The notes under the pieces are model-generated. The model was given only the letters and a program-made list of their open reading frames with translations. It had not been told where the DNA came from and did not search any database. From NCBI GenBank assembly GCA_038203635.1, contig JBBRDT010000003.1:22776-86775 (forward strand): DNA of 64,000 bases, read 5' to 3'. Of this stretch, positions 8,936 through 18,295 are shown piece by piece. The DNA is from Solirubrobacterales bacterium. GTDB lineage: Bacteria > Actinomycetota > Thermoleophilia > Solirubrobacterales > JBBDJG01. The position numbers and the translations under genes were made by a program. How positions within the stretch are numbered: the stretch's first letter is position 1; every line of letters begins with the position of its first letter.

Positions 8936-10162
8936 TCAGGTCTGCCGCTTGGACTGCACCACCTTTCCGAGCAGCTCCCAGCGGTCGCCGTTGAACCTCT
9001 GAATCTGCATCGCCTCGATCGGGTAGCCGTCGGTGTCGCTCGTTTGCACCGTGATGCCCGGCAGCAGGATCGGGATCTCGGTGTCGAGGTTGCGAACCGA
9101 GTCCATGAGCGCCTCACGGTTCGGCTGCTTCATGTTGTTCAGCGCCTCGACCATCGTCGCGGCGGCCCCCCAGCCGTAGACGTTGAACGGGTCGTTCGGA
9201 TTCGAGCGGGGCGAGTACTTCTTGAGCGCCGCCTTGTACTCCTTCATGGCGGCGTCGTTCTGCCACTGCGGATCCTCGGGATCCTTGAAGTACGACGTGG
9301 AGATGATGCCCTTCGAGTTGTCGAGTCCGGCGGGCGTGAGCACGAGCGCCTTTGAGGCGCCCACGTTGTTGAGGATGTGGAGCGGCTTCCAGTCGGACTT
9401 CGCGATCGCCGCGATCGCCTGCGCCGAGAACTTCGGGGTCGTGATATTGAGGAACGTGTCGGCCCCCGAGCCTGCCAGCTTGCGGATCTGAGAGGCGATC
9501 GTGGGATCGGTGACCTCGTAGCTCTCCTTTGCGACGACCTTGATGTTGGAGCCCTCGATCGCCTTCTCGAAGCCGCCGAGCAGGTCCTTGCCGAAGCCGT
9601 CGTTCTGGTAGAGCACCGCCACCTTCGCGCTCGGCTTCTCCTTCTTCAGGTAGTCGGCGTAGATCTGCGCCTCGGTGACGTAGTCGGGCTGCCAGCCGAT
9701 CGTGTAGGGGTGCGCGGCGATGTCCTCGCCCCAGTCGGAAGCGCCGGTCGCGACGAATACCTGGGGCACCTTCTGCTTGTTCACGTAGTCCCAGATCGCG
9801 AGGTTGTTCGGGGTGCCGAGCGTGTTGAACAGGGCGAAGACCTTCTCCTGCTGGATCAGCCTCCGAGCGTTCTGGACCGCACGCGGCGGCTCGTACGCGT
9901 CGTCGAGCGTGGTGAACTTGATCTTGCGTCCATCCACGCCGCCGTTGTCGTTCACGAAGTCGAACTGCGCCTTGGCGCCGTCGCGGATCGACTTGTACGC
10001 GGACGCCGGTCCGCTGAACGGATAGCTGCCGCCCAGCTTGATCTCGGCATCCGTAATGCCCGGCGACGAGGATCCCTTGTCCTCGTCACGACCGCAGCCC
10101 GCCGCGATGAGCGCCACCATCGCGAGCACTGCGATCCACACGTAACCTCGCAAACCTTTCAT
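8936..10162 (-). CDS. ABC transporter substrate-binding lipoprotein, branched-chain amino acid (LivJ/LivK-like, HAAT) family
   Basis: Lipobox LIAAGC. ATG at 10162 preceded by AGGAGGAGGG. Typical type-I periplasmic binding-protein sequence. Confidence 0.85.
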   Translation of the reverse strand: MKGLRGYVWIAVLAMVALIAAGCGRDEDKGSSSPGITDAEIKLGGSYPFSGPASAYKSIRDGAKAQFDFVNDNGGVDGRKIKFTTLDDAYEPPRAVQNARRLIQQEKVFALFNTLGTPNNLAIWDYVNKQKVPQVFVATGASDWGEDIAAHPYTIGWQPDYVTEAQIYADYLKKEKPSAKVAVLYQNDGFGKDLLGGFEKAIEGSNIKVVAKESYEVTDPTIASQIRKLAGSGADTFLNITTPKFSAQAIAAIAKSDWKPLHILNNVGASKALVLTPAGLDNSKGIISTSYFKDPEDPQWQNDAAMKEYKAALKKYSPRSNPNDPFNVYGWGAAATMVEALNNMKQPNREALMDSVRNLDTEIPILLPGITVQTSDTDGYPIEAMQIQRFNGDRWELLGKVVQSKRQT

Positions 10163-10182
10163 TCGGGCCCTCCTCCTGTCTC

Positions 10183-11280
10183 TCAACTGCCTGTGATTGT
10201 CGGTGGTCGGGTTGCCGGGCTGTCGCTCGCCGCCGGCGCGACGTTCGGCTGCGGCGGCTCGTCGAGCGGCTCTTTGCGTTTCTCCCGCGAAAGCCTCGAA
10301 GCAAGACGCCGGCCGGTTCCGCGCAGGACTCCCATCACGCCGCCGTGCAACGCGTACATGAAGGCGATCAGCACGGCGCCGTAGATCACGCCGGCCAGCG
10401 CGTCGCTCACGTCCGACGCGTAGATCGGCACGAATTCGATGAAGAGGGCGCCGAAGATCGCGCCTCCGATCGTCGCGAGCCCACCGACCACGATTGCCGC
10501 CAGGAACGCGAACGAGACCGTGAGCGGGAACGACTCAGGTGCGACGAAGCCGATCGAGAAGACGTAAAGCGAGCCCGCGACGCCCGCGTACAGGGAGCTG
10601 ATTGCGAAGGCGCTCGTCTTGAGCCGGGCGAGATCGACGCCCATCGCCTTCGCGGCGACCTCGCTCTCGCGCATCGCCACGAGCGCGCGTCCGGTCCGGC
10701 CGCGGACGAGATTCGCGGCGAGCACAAACATCGGGATGGCCAGGACGAGCGTGAGGAAGTAGAGGAACTGGTCGTCGGCGAGCGGTACCCAGCCGGGGGC
10801 GGTCGGCTGGGCGACGTTCAGCCCCTGCGTGCCGCCGGTGAGCCCGTCGAAGCGCTTGATCAGCTGTGGCACGGCGATCGCCACCGCAAGTGTGACGAGC
10901 GCGAGGTAGAGGCCCCGAATGCGAAGCGCGGGCAGGCCGAGGACGAAGCCGGCGGCGAAGCAGACCGCGGCGGCGATCGGCACCGTCATGAGGTGGGGCA
11001 GGCCCGCCTCCTCGATCAGGATCGCGCTCGTGTAGGCGCCGAGCGCGAAGAATGCCCCGTGCCCGAGAGAGACCAGGCCGCCGTAGCCCACGAGCAGGTT
11101 CAGGCCGAGCACGGCAACCGAGTAGGCCAGCACGAGCGTGAACTGCCCGACGCGGTAGGACCCGAGGAAGAACGGGATCGCGACCGCGATGAGGAGCACG
11201 AGCCCGTAAGCCGCAAGCCGCAGGCGCTGCTCCGTTCGCTCGACCGGGCTCGGTCCGGCCGCCGCCGCCGCGGCGCTCAT
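10183..11280 (-). CDS. Branched-chain amino acid ABC transporter permease (LivM-like)
   Basis: Multi-TM protein in the LivM position. ATGA overlap with the upstream permease gene. Confidence 0.9.
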   Translation of the reverse strand: MSAAAAAAGPSPVERTEQRLRLAAYGLVLLIAVAIPFFLGSYRVGQFTLVLAYSVAVLGLNLLVGYGGLVSLGHGAFFALGAYTSAILIEEAGLPHLMTVPIAAAVCFAAGFVLGLPALRIRGLYLALVTLAVAIAVPQLIKRFDGLTGGTQGLNVAQPTAPGWVPLADDQFLYFLTLVLAIPMFVLAANLVRGRTGRALVAMRESEVAAKAMGVDLARLKTSAFAISSLYAGVAGSLYVFSIGFVAPESFPLTVSFAFLAAIVVGGLATIGGAIFGALFIEFVPIYASDVSDALAGVIYGAVLIAFMYALHGGVMGVLRGTGRRLASRLSREKRKEPLDEPPQPNVAPAASDSPATRPPTITGS

Positions 11281-12158
11281 GCTCTTGCTACCTCGTGCGA
11301 GCCGAACAGCCCCGACGGCCTGATCAGGAGCACCGCCAAGATCACCGTGAGCGGCACGAGGATCTTCAGGTCCGAGCCGATGAAGTCGACGTACGTGCTC
11401 GCGAGGTTCTCGGTGACCCCGATCACCCAGCCCCCGACAACGGCGCCGAAGGGGCTGTCGAAGCCGCCTAGCGTCGCGGCGGCAAACGAGTAGATGAGGA
11501 CGCCGCCCATGAAGTTCACGTCGAGGAACAGCCGCGGCGCGATCAGGATGCCGGCGAGGGCGCCGACCATCGCGGCGATTCCCCAGCCGATCATCAGCGT
11601 GCGCCCGACCGAGATGCCCGAGAGGCGGCTCGATTCCGGATTGACTGACACTGCTCGGACCGCGAGGCCGATCTTCGTGCGCTGGAACAACAGGTACAGC
11701 AGGCCGACGACCGCGAGCAGCAGTGCGACGATGCCGAGCGACTCGACCGCCACGTCGGCTCCGGCCAGCTGCACGCTGTCGTCGGGAAAGATGCTCGGGA
11801 AGCTGCGGGTCTCGAAGCCCCAGATCCAGCCGGCGGCGCTATTCAAGAGAATGAAGAGGCCGAGCGTCACGACCGCCATCGTGAGCGGGTCGCTGCCCTC
11901 GACCGGCCGGATCAGGATGCGCTCGATCGCCATCCCGCCGAGAAACGCGATGCCGAGCGTCATCACGACCGCGAGACCGAGCGGGACGTCCGCTTGGAGC
12001 AGGCCCCACGCGACGAACGTGCTGAACATCGCCATCTCGCCCTGCGCGAAGTTGACGATTCCGGTCGAGCGGAAGATCAGGACTACCGCGAGCGCCAGCG
12101 CCCCGTATAGCGACCCGATCGCCACCCCGTCCACGATCGTCTGGATCAGCTCTTCCAT
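11277..12158 (-). CDS. Branched-chain amino acid ABC transporter permease (LivH-like)
   Basis: 293 aa, multi-TM. The N-terminus MEELIQTIVDGVAIGSLYGALALA is typical of LivH. Confidence 0.9.
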   Translation of the reverse strand: MEELIQTIVDGVAIGSLYGALALAVVLIFRSTGIVNFAQGEMAMFSTFVAWGLLQADVPLGLAVVMTLGIAFLGGMAIERILIRPVEGSDPLTMAVVTLGLFILLNSAAGWIWGFETRSFPSIFPDDSVQLAGADVAVESLGIVALLLAVVGLLYLLFQRTKIGLAVRAVSVNPESSRLSGISVGRTLMIGWGIAAMVGALAGILIAPRLFLDVNFMGGVLIYSFAAATLGGFDSPFGAVVGGWVIGVTENLASTYVDFIGSDLKILVPLTVILAVLLIRPSGLFGSHEVARA

Positions 12159-12159
12159 C

Positions 12160-12870
12160 TCAGAAGCCGAGGTAGGTCTGCTGGACCGCCTGCTCCTCCT
12201 TCATCTGCTTCGCCTCCCCGGACAGGACGATGCAGCCCGCCTCGAGCACGTACGCGTAGTCGGCGAGACCGAGCGCCAGCCTGGCGTTCTGCTCGACGAG
12301 CAGCACGGTCATCCCCTCCTCGCCTGCGATCGTGCCGAGGATCCCAAAGACCTCCTTGGTGAGCACCGGCGCGAGTCCGAGCGAAGGCTCGTCGAGCATC
12401 AGCAGCCGCGGCCGCAGCATCAGGCCCCGCGCGACCGCGAGCATCTGCTGCTCGCCGCCGCTCAGGTTCCCGGCCCGCTGGCGCCGGCGCTCGGCGAGTT
12501 GCGGGAAGTACTCGAAGCAGCGCTCCATGTCTTGCCGCATGCCCTCGCCGTCGCGGCGGCGGTAGCCGCCGATCCGCAAGTTGTCCTCCACCGTGAGCTC
12601 CGCGAAGGTGCCCCGGCCCTCGGGCACGTGCGCGATCCCCATGCGGGCGACCCGTTCAGGGCTCGCGCCCGCGATGCTCTTGCCGGCGAACGTCACCCGC
12701 CCGCGCTGTCGTAACACGCCGGACACGGCCTTCAGCGTGGTCGTCTTGCCGGCGCCGTTCGGTCCAAAGATCGCCGCGACCTGCCCCTCCTCCACCGCGA
12801 AGGACACGCCGCGGAGCACGGTCACGTCGCCGTAGCCGGCCTCGAGGTCGCTGACCTCGAGCAGGCTCAC
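12160..12870 (-). CDS. ABC transporter ATP-binding protein (LivF-like)
   Basis: Walker A GPNGAGKTTT, signature LSGGEQQML, Walker B LLMLDEPS. The GTG start overlaps the upstream stop (GTGA). The tracked 459-aa ORF is an upstream shadow extension. Confidence 0.85.
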   Translation of the reverse strand: MSLLEVSDLEAGYGDVTVLRGVSFAVEEGQVAAIFGPNGAGKTTTLKAVSGVLRQRGRVTFAGKSIAGASPERVARMGIAHVPEGRGTFAELTVEDNLRIGGYRRRDGEGMRQDMERCFEYFPQLAERRRQRAGNLSGGEQQMLAVARGLMLRPRLLMLDEPSLGLAPVLTKEVFGILGTIAGEEGMTVLLVEQNARLALGLADYAYVLEAGCIVLSGEAKQMKEEQAVQQTYLGF

Positions 12871-13631
12871 TCGTCCGCTCCGAGGTAGGCCTCGATCACC
12901 GCCGGGTTGCCCTGGACCTCGCTCGGCGGTCCATCCGCGATCTTGCGCCCGAAGTCGAGCACCACGACCCTCTCGCAGACGCGCATGACCATCCCCATGT
13001 GGTGCTCCACGAGCAGCACGGTCAGGTCGAAGTCGTCGCGCAGCCCTACGATCAACTCGCGAAGCTCGTCGACCTCGCCGTGGGTGAGCCCGCTTGCCGG
13101 CTCGTCCAGCATCAGCACGCGCGGGCGCTGGCAGAGGGCGCGGGCCAGCTCGATCCTCTTCAAGGTCCCGTATGGAAGGCCGGACGCGGGCCGGTCGGCG
13201 AGCGATGCGAGCTCGAGCCGCTCCAGGATCTCGTCGGCCTCCTCGTGGAGCGTCCGCTCTTCGGCCCGCACGCCAGGCAGCCCGAGCGCCGATGTCAGGA
13301 TGCTCGCGCGCGCACGATGGTGGGCGCCGAGCAGCACGTTGTCGCGCACGCTCCTCCCGTGGAGGAGGGCAAGGTTCTGGAACGTCCGGGCGATCCCGAG
13401 CCCGGCGATCTCGTGCGGCTTTCGCTGCAGGAGGTCCTCGCCGTCGCAGAGGATCTCGCCCGAGTCGGGCGTGTACAGGCGGCTGATGCAGTTGAAGAGG
13501 GTGGTCTTGCCGGCTCCGTTCGGGCCGATCAGCCCGCACACCTCACCGTCGGCCACCGCGAAGCTGGGCCCGTCCAGCGCCACGACGCCGCCAAAACGAA
13601 CGACAACATTCTCGATCTCGAGCGTGCTCAA
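12867..13631 (-). CDS. ABC transporter ATP-binding protein (LivG-like)
   Basis: Walker A GPNGAGKTTLFN, Walker B VLMLDEPASG. I chose the TTG at 13631 because GGGAGGAGAGGGAG precedes it. The ATG at 13724 is an alternative start. Confidence 0.85.
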   Translation of the reverse strand: MSTLEIENVVVRFGGVVALDGPSFAVADGEVCGLIGPNGAGKTTLFNCISRLYTPDSGEILCDGEDLLQRKPHEIAGLGIARTFQNLALLHGRSVRDNVLLGAHHRARASILTSALGLPGVRAEERTLHEEADEILERLELASLADRPASGLPYGTLKRIELARALCQRPRVLMLDEPASGLTHGEVDELRELIVGLRDDFDLTVLLVEHHMGMVMRVCERVVVLDFGRKIADGPPSEVQGNPAVIEAYLGADE

Positions 13632-13724
13632 ACCCGGCTCCCTCTCCTCCCGGCCTGGCCGATTCGCAAGCGTATCTGGTTGATCCCCCCGAGCACCGGC
13701 GGCTAAGCGGTTCTGGAACATCAC

Positions 13725-13910
13725 ATGCTGCTGTGCTCGGCGCAGGCGAATCTCTTCGCACTGGGTGGAGACAGCGGCTCGCCGGTCTTCACTCCCAGCG
13801 GTTCGGACGCGAAGCTCCGCGGAATCCTCTGGGGAGGCAACAACCTGGGTGGGGTGAGCTATTTCAGCCCCATCAGCAGCATCCAGCGGTCCACCGAGCT
13901 GGGCAGATCA
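13725..13910 (+). pseudogene. Remnant of the C-terminal third of a chymotrypsin-fold (S1, streptogrisin-like) serine protease
   Basis: HHMLLCSAQANLFALGGDSGSPVF...GILWGG...YFSPISSI carries the catalytic-Ser GDSG box. No His/Asp-bearing N-terminal part exists, because the livG-like start and its promoter lie immediately upstream. GC3 is weaker than in neighbouring genes. Confidence 0.5.
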
Positions 13911-13940
13911 GCGTCTGCGCCTCCGGGTTTTCGTGCTAGC

Positions 13941-15539
13941 TCAGGAGCGGCGGAAGCTCACCTTCTGCGCGGCGTTGTCGCCGAAGCTCGAGCGCGCCTG
14001 GATGTCGACCTGGAGCGTCTGGCCGGAAGACCATGTGACGGCCGCCCCGGCGAGACACTGCGTCAGGTTGACCGCGAAGGTCAGTGTGTTGGCGGGTACG
14101 GCCGGCCGGTCCACTGATGAGTCCTCGACGCCGTCGCCGCCCACCTTCAGGTTCGGGTCGGTGGTGGAGTACGTAGAGGCGGCGCAGTTGCCGGGGCCGC
14201 GGGCACCGGGCGTGCCCGGACCGCCCGCGACGGGAGCGTTGGGCACGTCCGCCGTGTATTTCAGGCGGCCGATGTCGACCCAATCCGCGCCCTCGCCGGA
14301 GCCGGGGATCGCCTTGCGCTGCGGCCGCCAGAAGGTCATGGCCACGATCACGTCGCCGGTCGCGGAAACCGGGATCGGGTTCGCGGCCGTGCCGGCCCCG
14401 CCGGCGGGCACCGGGTACGTGACCGTGCCGGCCGTCGCTCCCTCAGTCCAGCTCTTCAGCGCGGGTGTGGTCGAGAAGACGTAGTTCAGGATGCCCGGGA
14501 TCTCGGTCTCCGCGCCGCCGCGGCGCACCCGCTCGACGAACGCGTCGCCGGAGCCGATCTCGCCGGCCTTCGCGCCGGTGAGGAGCTGGAAGTCGCCGGT
14601 CGAGCCGGCTTCCAGCAGGCCGAACCCGTCGCCGTCGGAGTCGAATGCGTCCGGGAAGGCTTTCGCGGGGCCAGGATTGCCGCCGTTGCCCATGGCGATG
14701 CCGGTGCCGCCCTTCGAGCAGTACGACAGGCCGCCGCAGTCCAGTTCGGCCTCGCCGGAGGCGACCTGGATCGCGAGCGTCTGGGACCTGGACATCACCG
14801 CGTCGATCTGCGCGTCGGTGACCGCGCCGGCGTTCGCGTTCAGCGACTCGCTGAGGTCCAGCTTCAAGTTGGAGAACATGCCGAAGCGCTCCGCGGCGGG
14901 CGGTGCGCCGCCCGGGGGGTTTTGGCCGGGCGGCACCGGCGGAGGCGGTTCCGCGCTGATGCGCGCGCCTGTGGCGTTGCGCGTCTCGACGTTGTCGAGT
15001 ACCAGGTCGCCGTCGTCGTCAACGTCAAACGCGCCCGGCAAGCCGTCACCGTCGTGATCGCGCCCCTGGCCGGCGGCGCCTGCCGTCTTGGCCTTGACGC
15101 GCCCGAACAGGCCCGCGCCGACGGGTACTCCCTGCTTCGCCCGCGCGGTGCGGGAGCGGTCGACGAAGCGCTTTGACAGCTTGCGCGTGGGCTTCGCGTA
15201 GCCCTTGCGGATCTTCACCACGCCGAGCTTCGCGCCCGCTTTCACGCCCACGATCGCGCGCTTCTTGCCCTTGGCGCCGACCACGATGGGACCGGCGTAG
15301 ACGCCATTCGGCGAGCGCAGGTGGAGCGTCACCTTCTTCGCGGGCGGAGTCACCCTGAAGTTCCTTCCCTTCGCCGCGGTGGCGTGTGCCTTGCCGTTGG
15401 AAGCGAGTGCGATGACGGTGTAGCCGGGCTTCGAGAGCTTGCCGCTGATCGCCTTCGGCGCGGCCGGTGCGGGTGCCGCGCCGGCGAAAAAGACGAATGC
15501 GGCGGCGATCAGTGGGGTGAAGAGCTTGGAAGGTGTCAT
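13941..15539 (-). CDS. Secreted hypothetical protein with thrombospondin-type-3-like Ca-binding Asp motifs
   Basis: Signal peptide MTPSKLFTPLIAAAFVFFAGAAPAPA. Contains DHDGDGLPGAFDVDDDGD and DSDGDG. GAAAGGGGA precedes the ATG at 15539. Confidence 0.7.
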   Translation of the reverse strand: MTPSKLFTPLIAAAFVFFAGAAPAPAAPKAISGKLSKPGYTVIALASNGKAHATAAKGRNFRVTPPAKKVTLHLRSPNGVYAGPIVVGAKGKKRAIVGVKAGAKLGVVKIRKGYAKPTRKLSKRFVDRSRTARAKQGVPVGAGLFGRVKAKTAGAAGQGRDHDGDGLPGAFDVDDDGDLVLDNVETRNATGARISAEPPPPVPPGQNPPGGAPPAAERFGMFSNLKLDLSESLNANAGAVTDAQIDAVMSRSQTLAIQVASGEAELDCGGLSYCSKGGTGIAMGNGGNPGPAKAFPDAFDSDGDGFGLLEAGSTGDFQLLTGAKAGEIGSGDAFVERVRRGGAETEIPGILNYVFSTTPALKSWTEGATAGTVTYPVPAGGAGTAANPIPVSATGDVIVAMTFWRPQRKAIPGSGEGADWVDIGRLKYTADVPNAPVAGGPGTPGARGPGNCAASTYSTTDPNLKVGGDGVEDSSVDRPAVPANTLTFAVNLTQCLAGAAVTWSSGQTLQVDIQARSSFGDNAAQKVSFRRS

Positions 15540-15582
15540 TCCCCTTTCATCGGCAGGTGTGATCAAGGGCTCGATCCGCCAG

Positions 15583-16380
15583 ATGGGGCGGGAGACGTAC
15601 GCTGCCGCGATGAGCGAGCCTCCCGACTACGTGCTGCGCAACCGGAAGCAATGGAACGGCTGGGCAAAGGAGTACGAGGAGCCCGGCCGGCGCAACTGGG
15701 CCCAGGACGAACCCACGTGGGGGATCTGGGGCGTGCCGGAGTCCCAGGTCGGCATGCTTCCTCCCGAGCTCGCGGGACTGGACGCGATCGAGCTTGGCTG
15801 CGGGACCGCATATGTCTCCGCGTGGCTCGCCCGCCGGGGAGCGCGACCCGTCGGGATCGACAACTCCGAGGCTCAGCTGGCGACCGCGCGCGAGTTCCAG
15901 CAGGAGTTCGGGATCGAGTTCCCGCTGCTGCACGGCAACGCCGAAGAGGTGCCGTTCCCGGACGGCAGCTTCGACCTCGCCATCTCGGAATACGGCGCGA
16001 GCATCTGGTGCGATCCGTACCGCTGGATCCCGGAGGCGGCGCGGCTGCTGCGGCCGGGGGGACAGCTCGTGTTCCTGGTGAACGGCGTCCTGCTGGCGCT
16101 CTGCTTCCCCGACGATGACGAAGCGCCCGCGGCGGACCGTCTGCTGCGGCCCTACTTCGGGCTGCACCGGCTGGAGTGGGCGGATGACGACTCGGTCGAG
16201 TTCCACCTACCGCACGGAGAGATGATCGCCCTGCTGCGCGACACGGGGTTCGAGGTCGAAGGGCTGACCGAGATCAGGCCGCCCGAGGACTCCGAGACCC
16301 GTTATCCCTTCGTGAGCCTGGAGTGGGCGCGACGCTGGCCGTGCGAAGAGGTGTGGAAGGCTCGGAGAATCATTTGTTAG
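15583..16380 (+). CDS. Class I SAM-dependent methyltransferase
   Basis: Motif I AIELGCGTAYVSAWLARRGA, followed by VGIDNS and FDLAISEYG. Start is 15583 or 15609. Confidence 0.85.
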   Translation: MGRETYAAAMSEPPDYVLRNRKQWNGWAKEYEEPGRRNWAQDEPTWGIWGVPESQVGMLPPELAGLDAIELGCGTAYVSAWLARRGARPVGIDNSEAQLATAREFQQEFGIEFPLLHGNAEEVPFPDGSFDLAISEYGASIWCDPYRWIPEAARLLRPGGQLVFLVNGVLLALCFPDDDEAPAADRLLRPYFGLHRLEWADDDSVEFHLPHGEMIALLRDTGFEVEGLTEIRPPEDSETRYPFVSLEWARRWPCEEVWKARRIIC

Positions 16381-16391
16381 CCTGCTAACTA

Positions 16392-16862
16392 ATGGCTACC
16401 TCATCCAGGGTCGACGGCGGTGAAGTCGAAGCCTTCACGGCCGGCCTCGACGACTTCCTGCGCGCGCTGCGTACCGCACGCGGCCGCTTCAACCGCGCCC
16501 CGCTCGTGCCCGAGCTGAGCGCCTCGCAGTTCCATCTGCTCGAACCGCTGGCGACCAGCCCCGGCCAGCTGCCCATGTGCGCGCTGGCCGACGCGGCCGC
16601 GGTCGCCCCGCCGACGGCGAGCCGGATGCTCGACGGTCTCGTCAAACGCGGTCTCGCAGAGCGCATGCGCTCCGAGGAGGGAGACCGCCGCCGCGTCGAG
16701 ATCAGGCTCACGGCCGAGGGTCGCAGGCTCGTCGCGGCCAAGCGGATGCGCATCGCTCAGGCTCGCGAGCAGGTCTTCGACCGGCTGTCGCCCGGCGAGC
16801 GCCGCGCGGCTGCGCGGCTGCTGCACTCCCTCGCCGCCGCCATCGACGATCTGCACCCGTGA
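16392..16862 (+). CDS. MarR family transcriptional regulator
   Basis: Winged-HTH region LADAAAVAPPTASRMLDGLVKRGLAER...DRRRVEIRLT. Confidence 0.85.
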   Translation: MATSSRVDGGEVEAFTAGLDDFLRALRTARGRFNRAPLVPELSASQFHLLEPLATSPGQLPMCALADAAAVAPPTASRMLDGLVKRGLAERMRSEEGDRRRVEIRLTAEGRRLVAAKRMRIAQAREQVFDRLSPGERRAAARLLHSLAAAIDDLHP

Positions 16863-18295
16863 CGCCGGCCCCGAGTCCCGACATCGCCCGCGCGAATCCG
16901 AACCGCACCCTCGGCATCCTGGTGCTCGGCGCGATCGCCTATGCGCTCGCCCAGACGATGATCATCCCGGCGCTGCCGGCGATCCAGCACGATCTCGGCG
17001 CCTCGCAGGAGGCCGCCACGTGGCTGCTCACCGCCTTCCTGCTGACGTCGAGCGTCTCCACGCCGTTGCTCGGCCGCCTCGGCGACATGTACGGCAAGGA
17101 GAAGGTCCTGCTGGCTGCGCTCGGCGTCTTCGCGTTCGGCTCTTTTGTCTGTGCGATCGGGGGTTCGATCGGCGTGCTGATCCTGGGCCGGGCCATCCAG
17201 GGCACCGCCGGGGCGATCTTCCCGCTCGCCTTCGGGATCATCCGCGACGAGTTCCCGCCCGAGCGCGTGGCGACCTCCATCGGCCTCATCTCCGCGACCT
17301 TCGGCATCGGAGGCGGACTGGGGCTCGTGATGGCCGGCGTGATCGTCGACCACCTCTCCATCCAGTGGATCTTCTGGTCCTCGGTGCTGGTGACCACCAT
17401 CGCCGCATGGGCGACGTGGCGCTTCGTGCCGGAGTCGCCGGTGCGCGTGAAGGCGAAGATCGACTGGCTCGGAGCCGCGCTGCTGTCGCTCGCGCTCGGA
17501 TCGCTCCTGCTCGGCGTCTCGCAGGGCAACGCGTGGGGCTGGGACTCAGGCGGCGTGCTCGGCCTGTTCGCGGCCGCCGCGATCCTCGGCACCGTGTTCA
17601 TCGCCGTCGAGCGCCGGGTGCCCGAGCCGATGGTCGACATGCAGATGATGTCGCGGCGCCCGGTGTGGTCGACCAATCTCACGGCGTTCATGATCGGCTT
17701 CGCGATGTTCGGCTCCTACGTGCTGATCCCGCAGCTGGTCGAGCTGCCGGCGGTCACCGGATACGGCTTCGCGAAGACGACCACCGTCGCGGGCGCGGTG
17801 TTGCTGCCGAGCGCCCTCGTCATGCTCGGGGCGGGTCCGCTCTCGGGCTGGCTCGGCCTGCGCTTCGGCTCACGCCTGCCGCTCGCGCTCGGCGCCGCCT
17901 TCGCGGCACTCGCCTATGTGGAGCTCGCGCTCTTCCACGAGACCTTGGCCGAGATCGCAGTCGGGGGCCTCCTTGTCGGGATCGGCATCGGCCTTGCCTT
18001 TGCGGCGATGGCAAACCTCGTGGTCGAGGCCGTCCGGCCCGACCAGACGGGTGTCGCGACGGGGATCAACACGATCATGCGCTCGATCGGCGGATCGGTC
18101 GGAGCGCAGATCGCCGCGGCGATCCTCGCGGGCAACCAGATCCTCGGGGGCCGCTATCCGGCCGAGAGCGGTTTCACGGATGCCTTCGTGATGAGCGCCG
18201 TCGCGGCAGTCATCGCTCTGGCGGTCACGTCGATCATCCCGCGCAGCGCCCCTCATCGCTTCCCTGTCGCGAAGCCGGTCGGCTCCGAAGCCTGA
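16859..18295 (+). CDS. MFS transporter, DHA2 family
   Basis: The GTG overlaps the MarR stop (GTGA). Contains ALAQTMIIPALPAIQHDLG and GRLGDMYGKEK, with about 14 hydrophobic spans. Confidence 0.85.
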   Translation: MTPAPSPDIARANPNRTLGILVLGAIAYALAQTMIIPALPAIQHDLGASQEAATWLLTAFLLTSSVSTPLLGRLGDMYGKEKVLLAALGVFAFGSFVCAIGGSIGVLILGRAIQGTAGAIFPLAFGIIRDEFPPERVATSIGLISATFGIGGGLGLVMAGVIVDHLSIQWIFWSSVLVTTIAAWATWRFVPESPVRVKAKIDWLGAALLSLALGSLLLGVSQGNAWGWDSGGVLGLFAAAAILGTVFIAVERRVPEPMVDMQMMSRRPVWSTNLTAFMIGFAMFGSYVLIPQLVELPAVTGYGFAKTTTVAGAVLLPSALVMLGAGPLSGWLGLRFGSRLPLALGAAFAALAYVELALFHETLAEIAVGGLLVGIGIGLAFAAMANLVVEAVRPDQTGVATGINTIMRSIGGSVGAQIAAAILAGNQILGGRYPAESGFTDAFVMSAVAAVIALAVTSIIPRSAPHRFPVAKPVGSEA

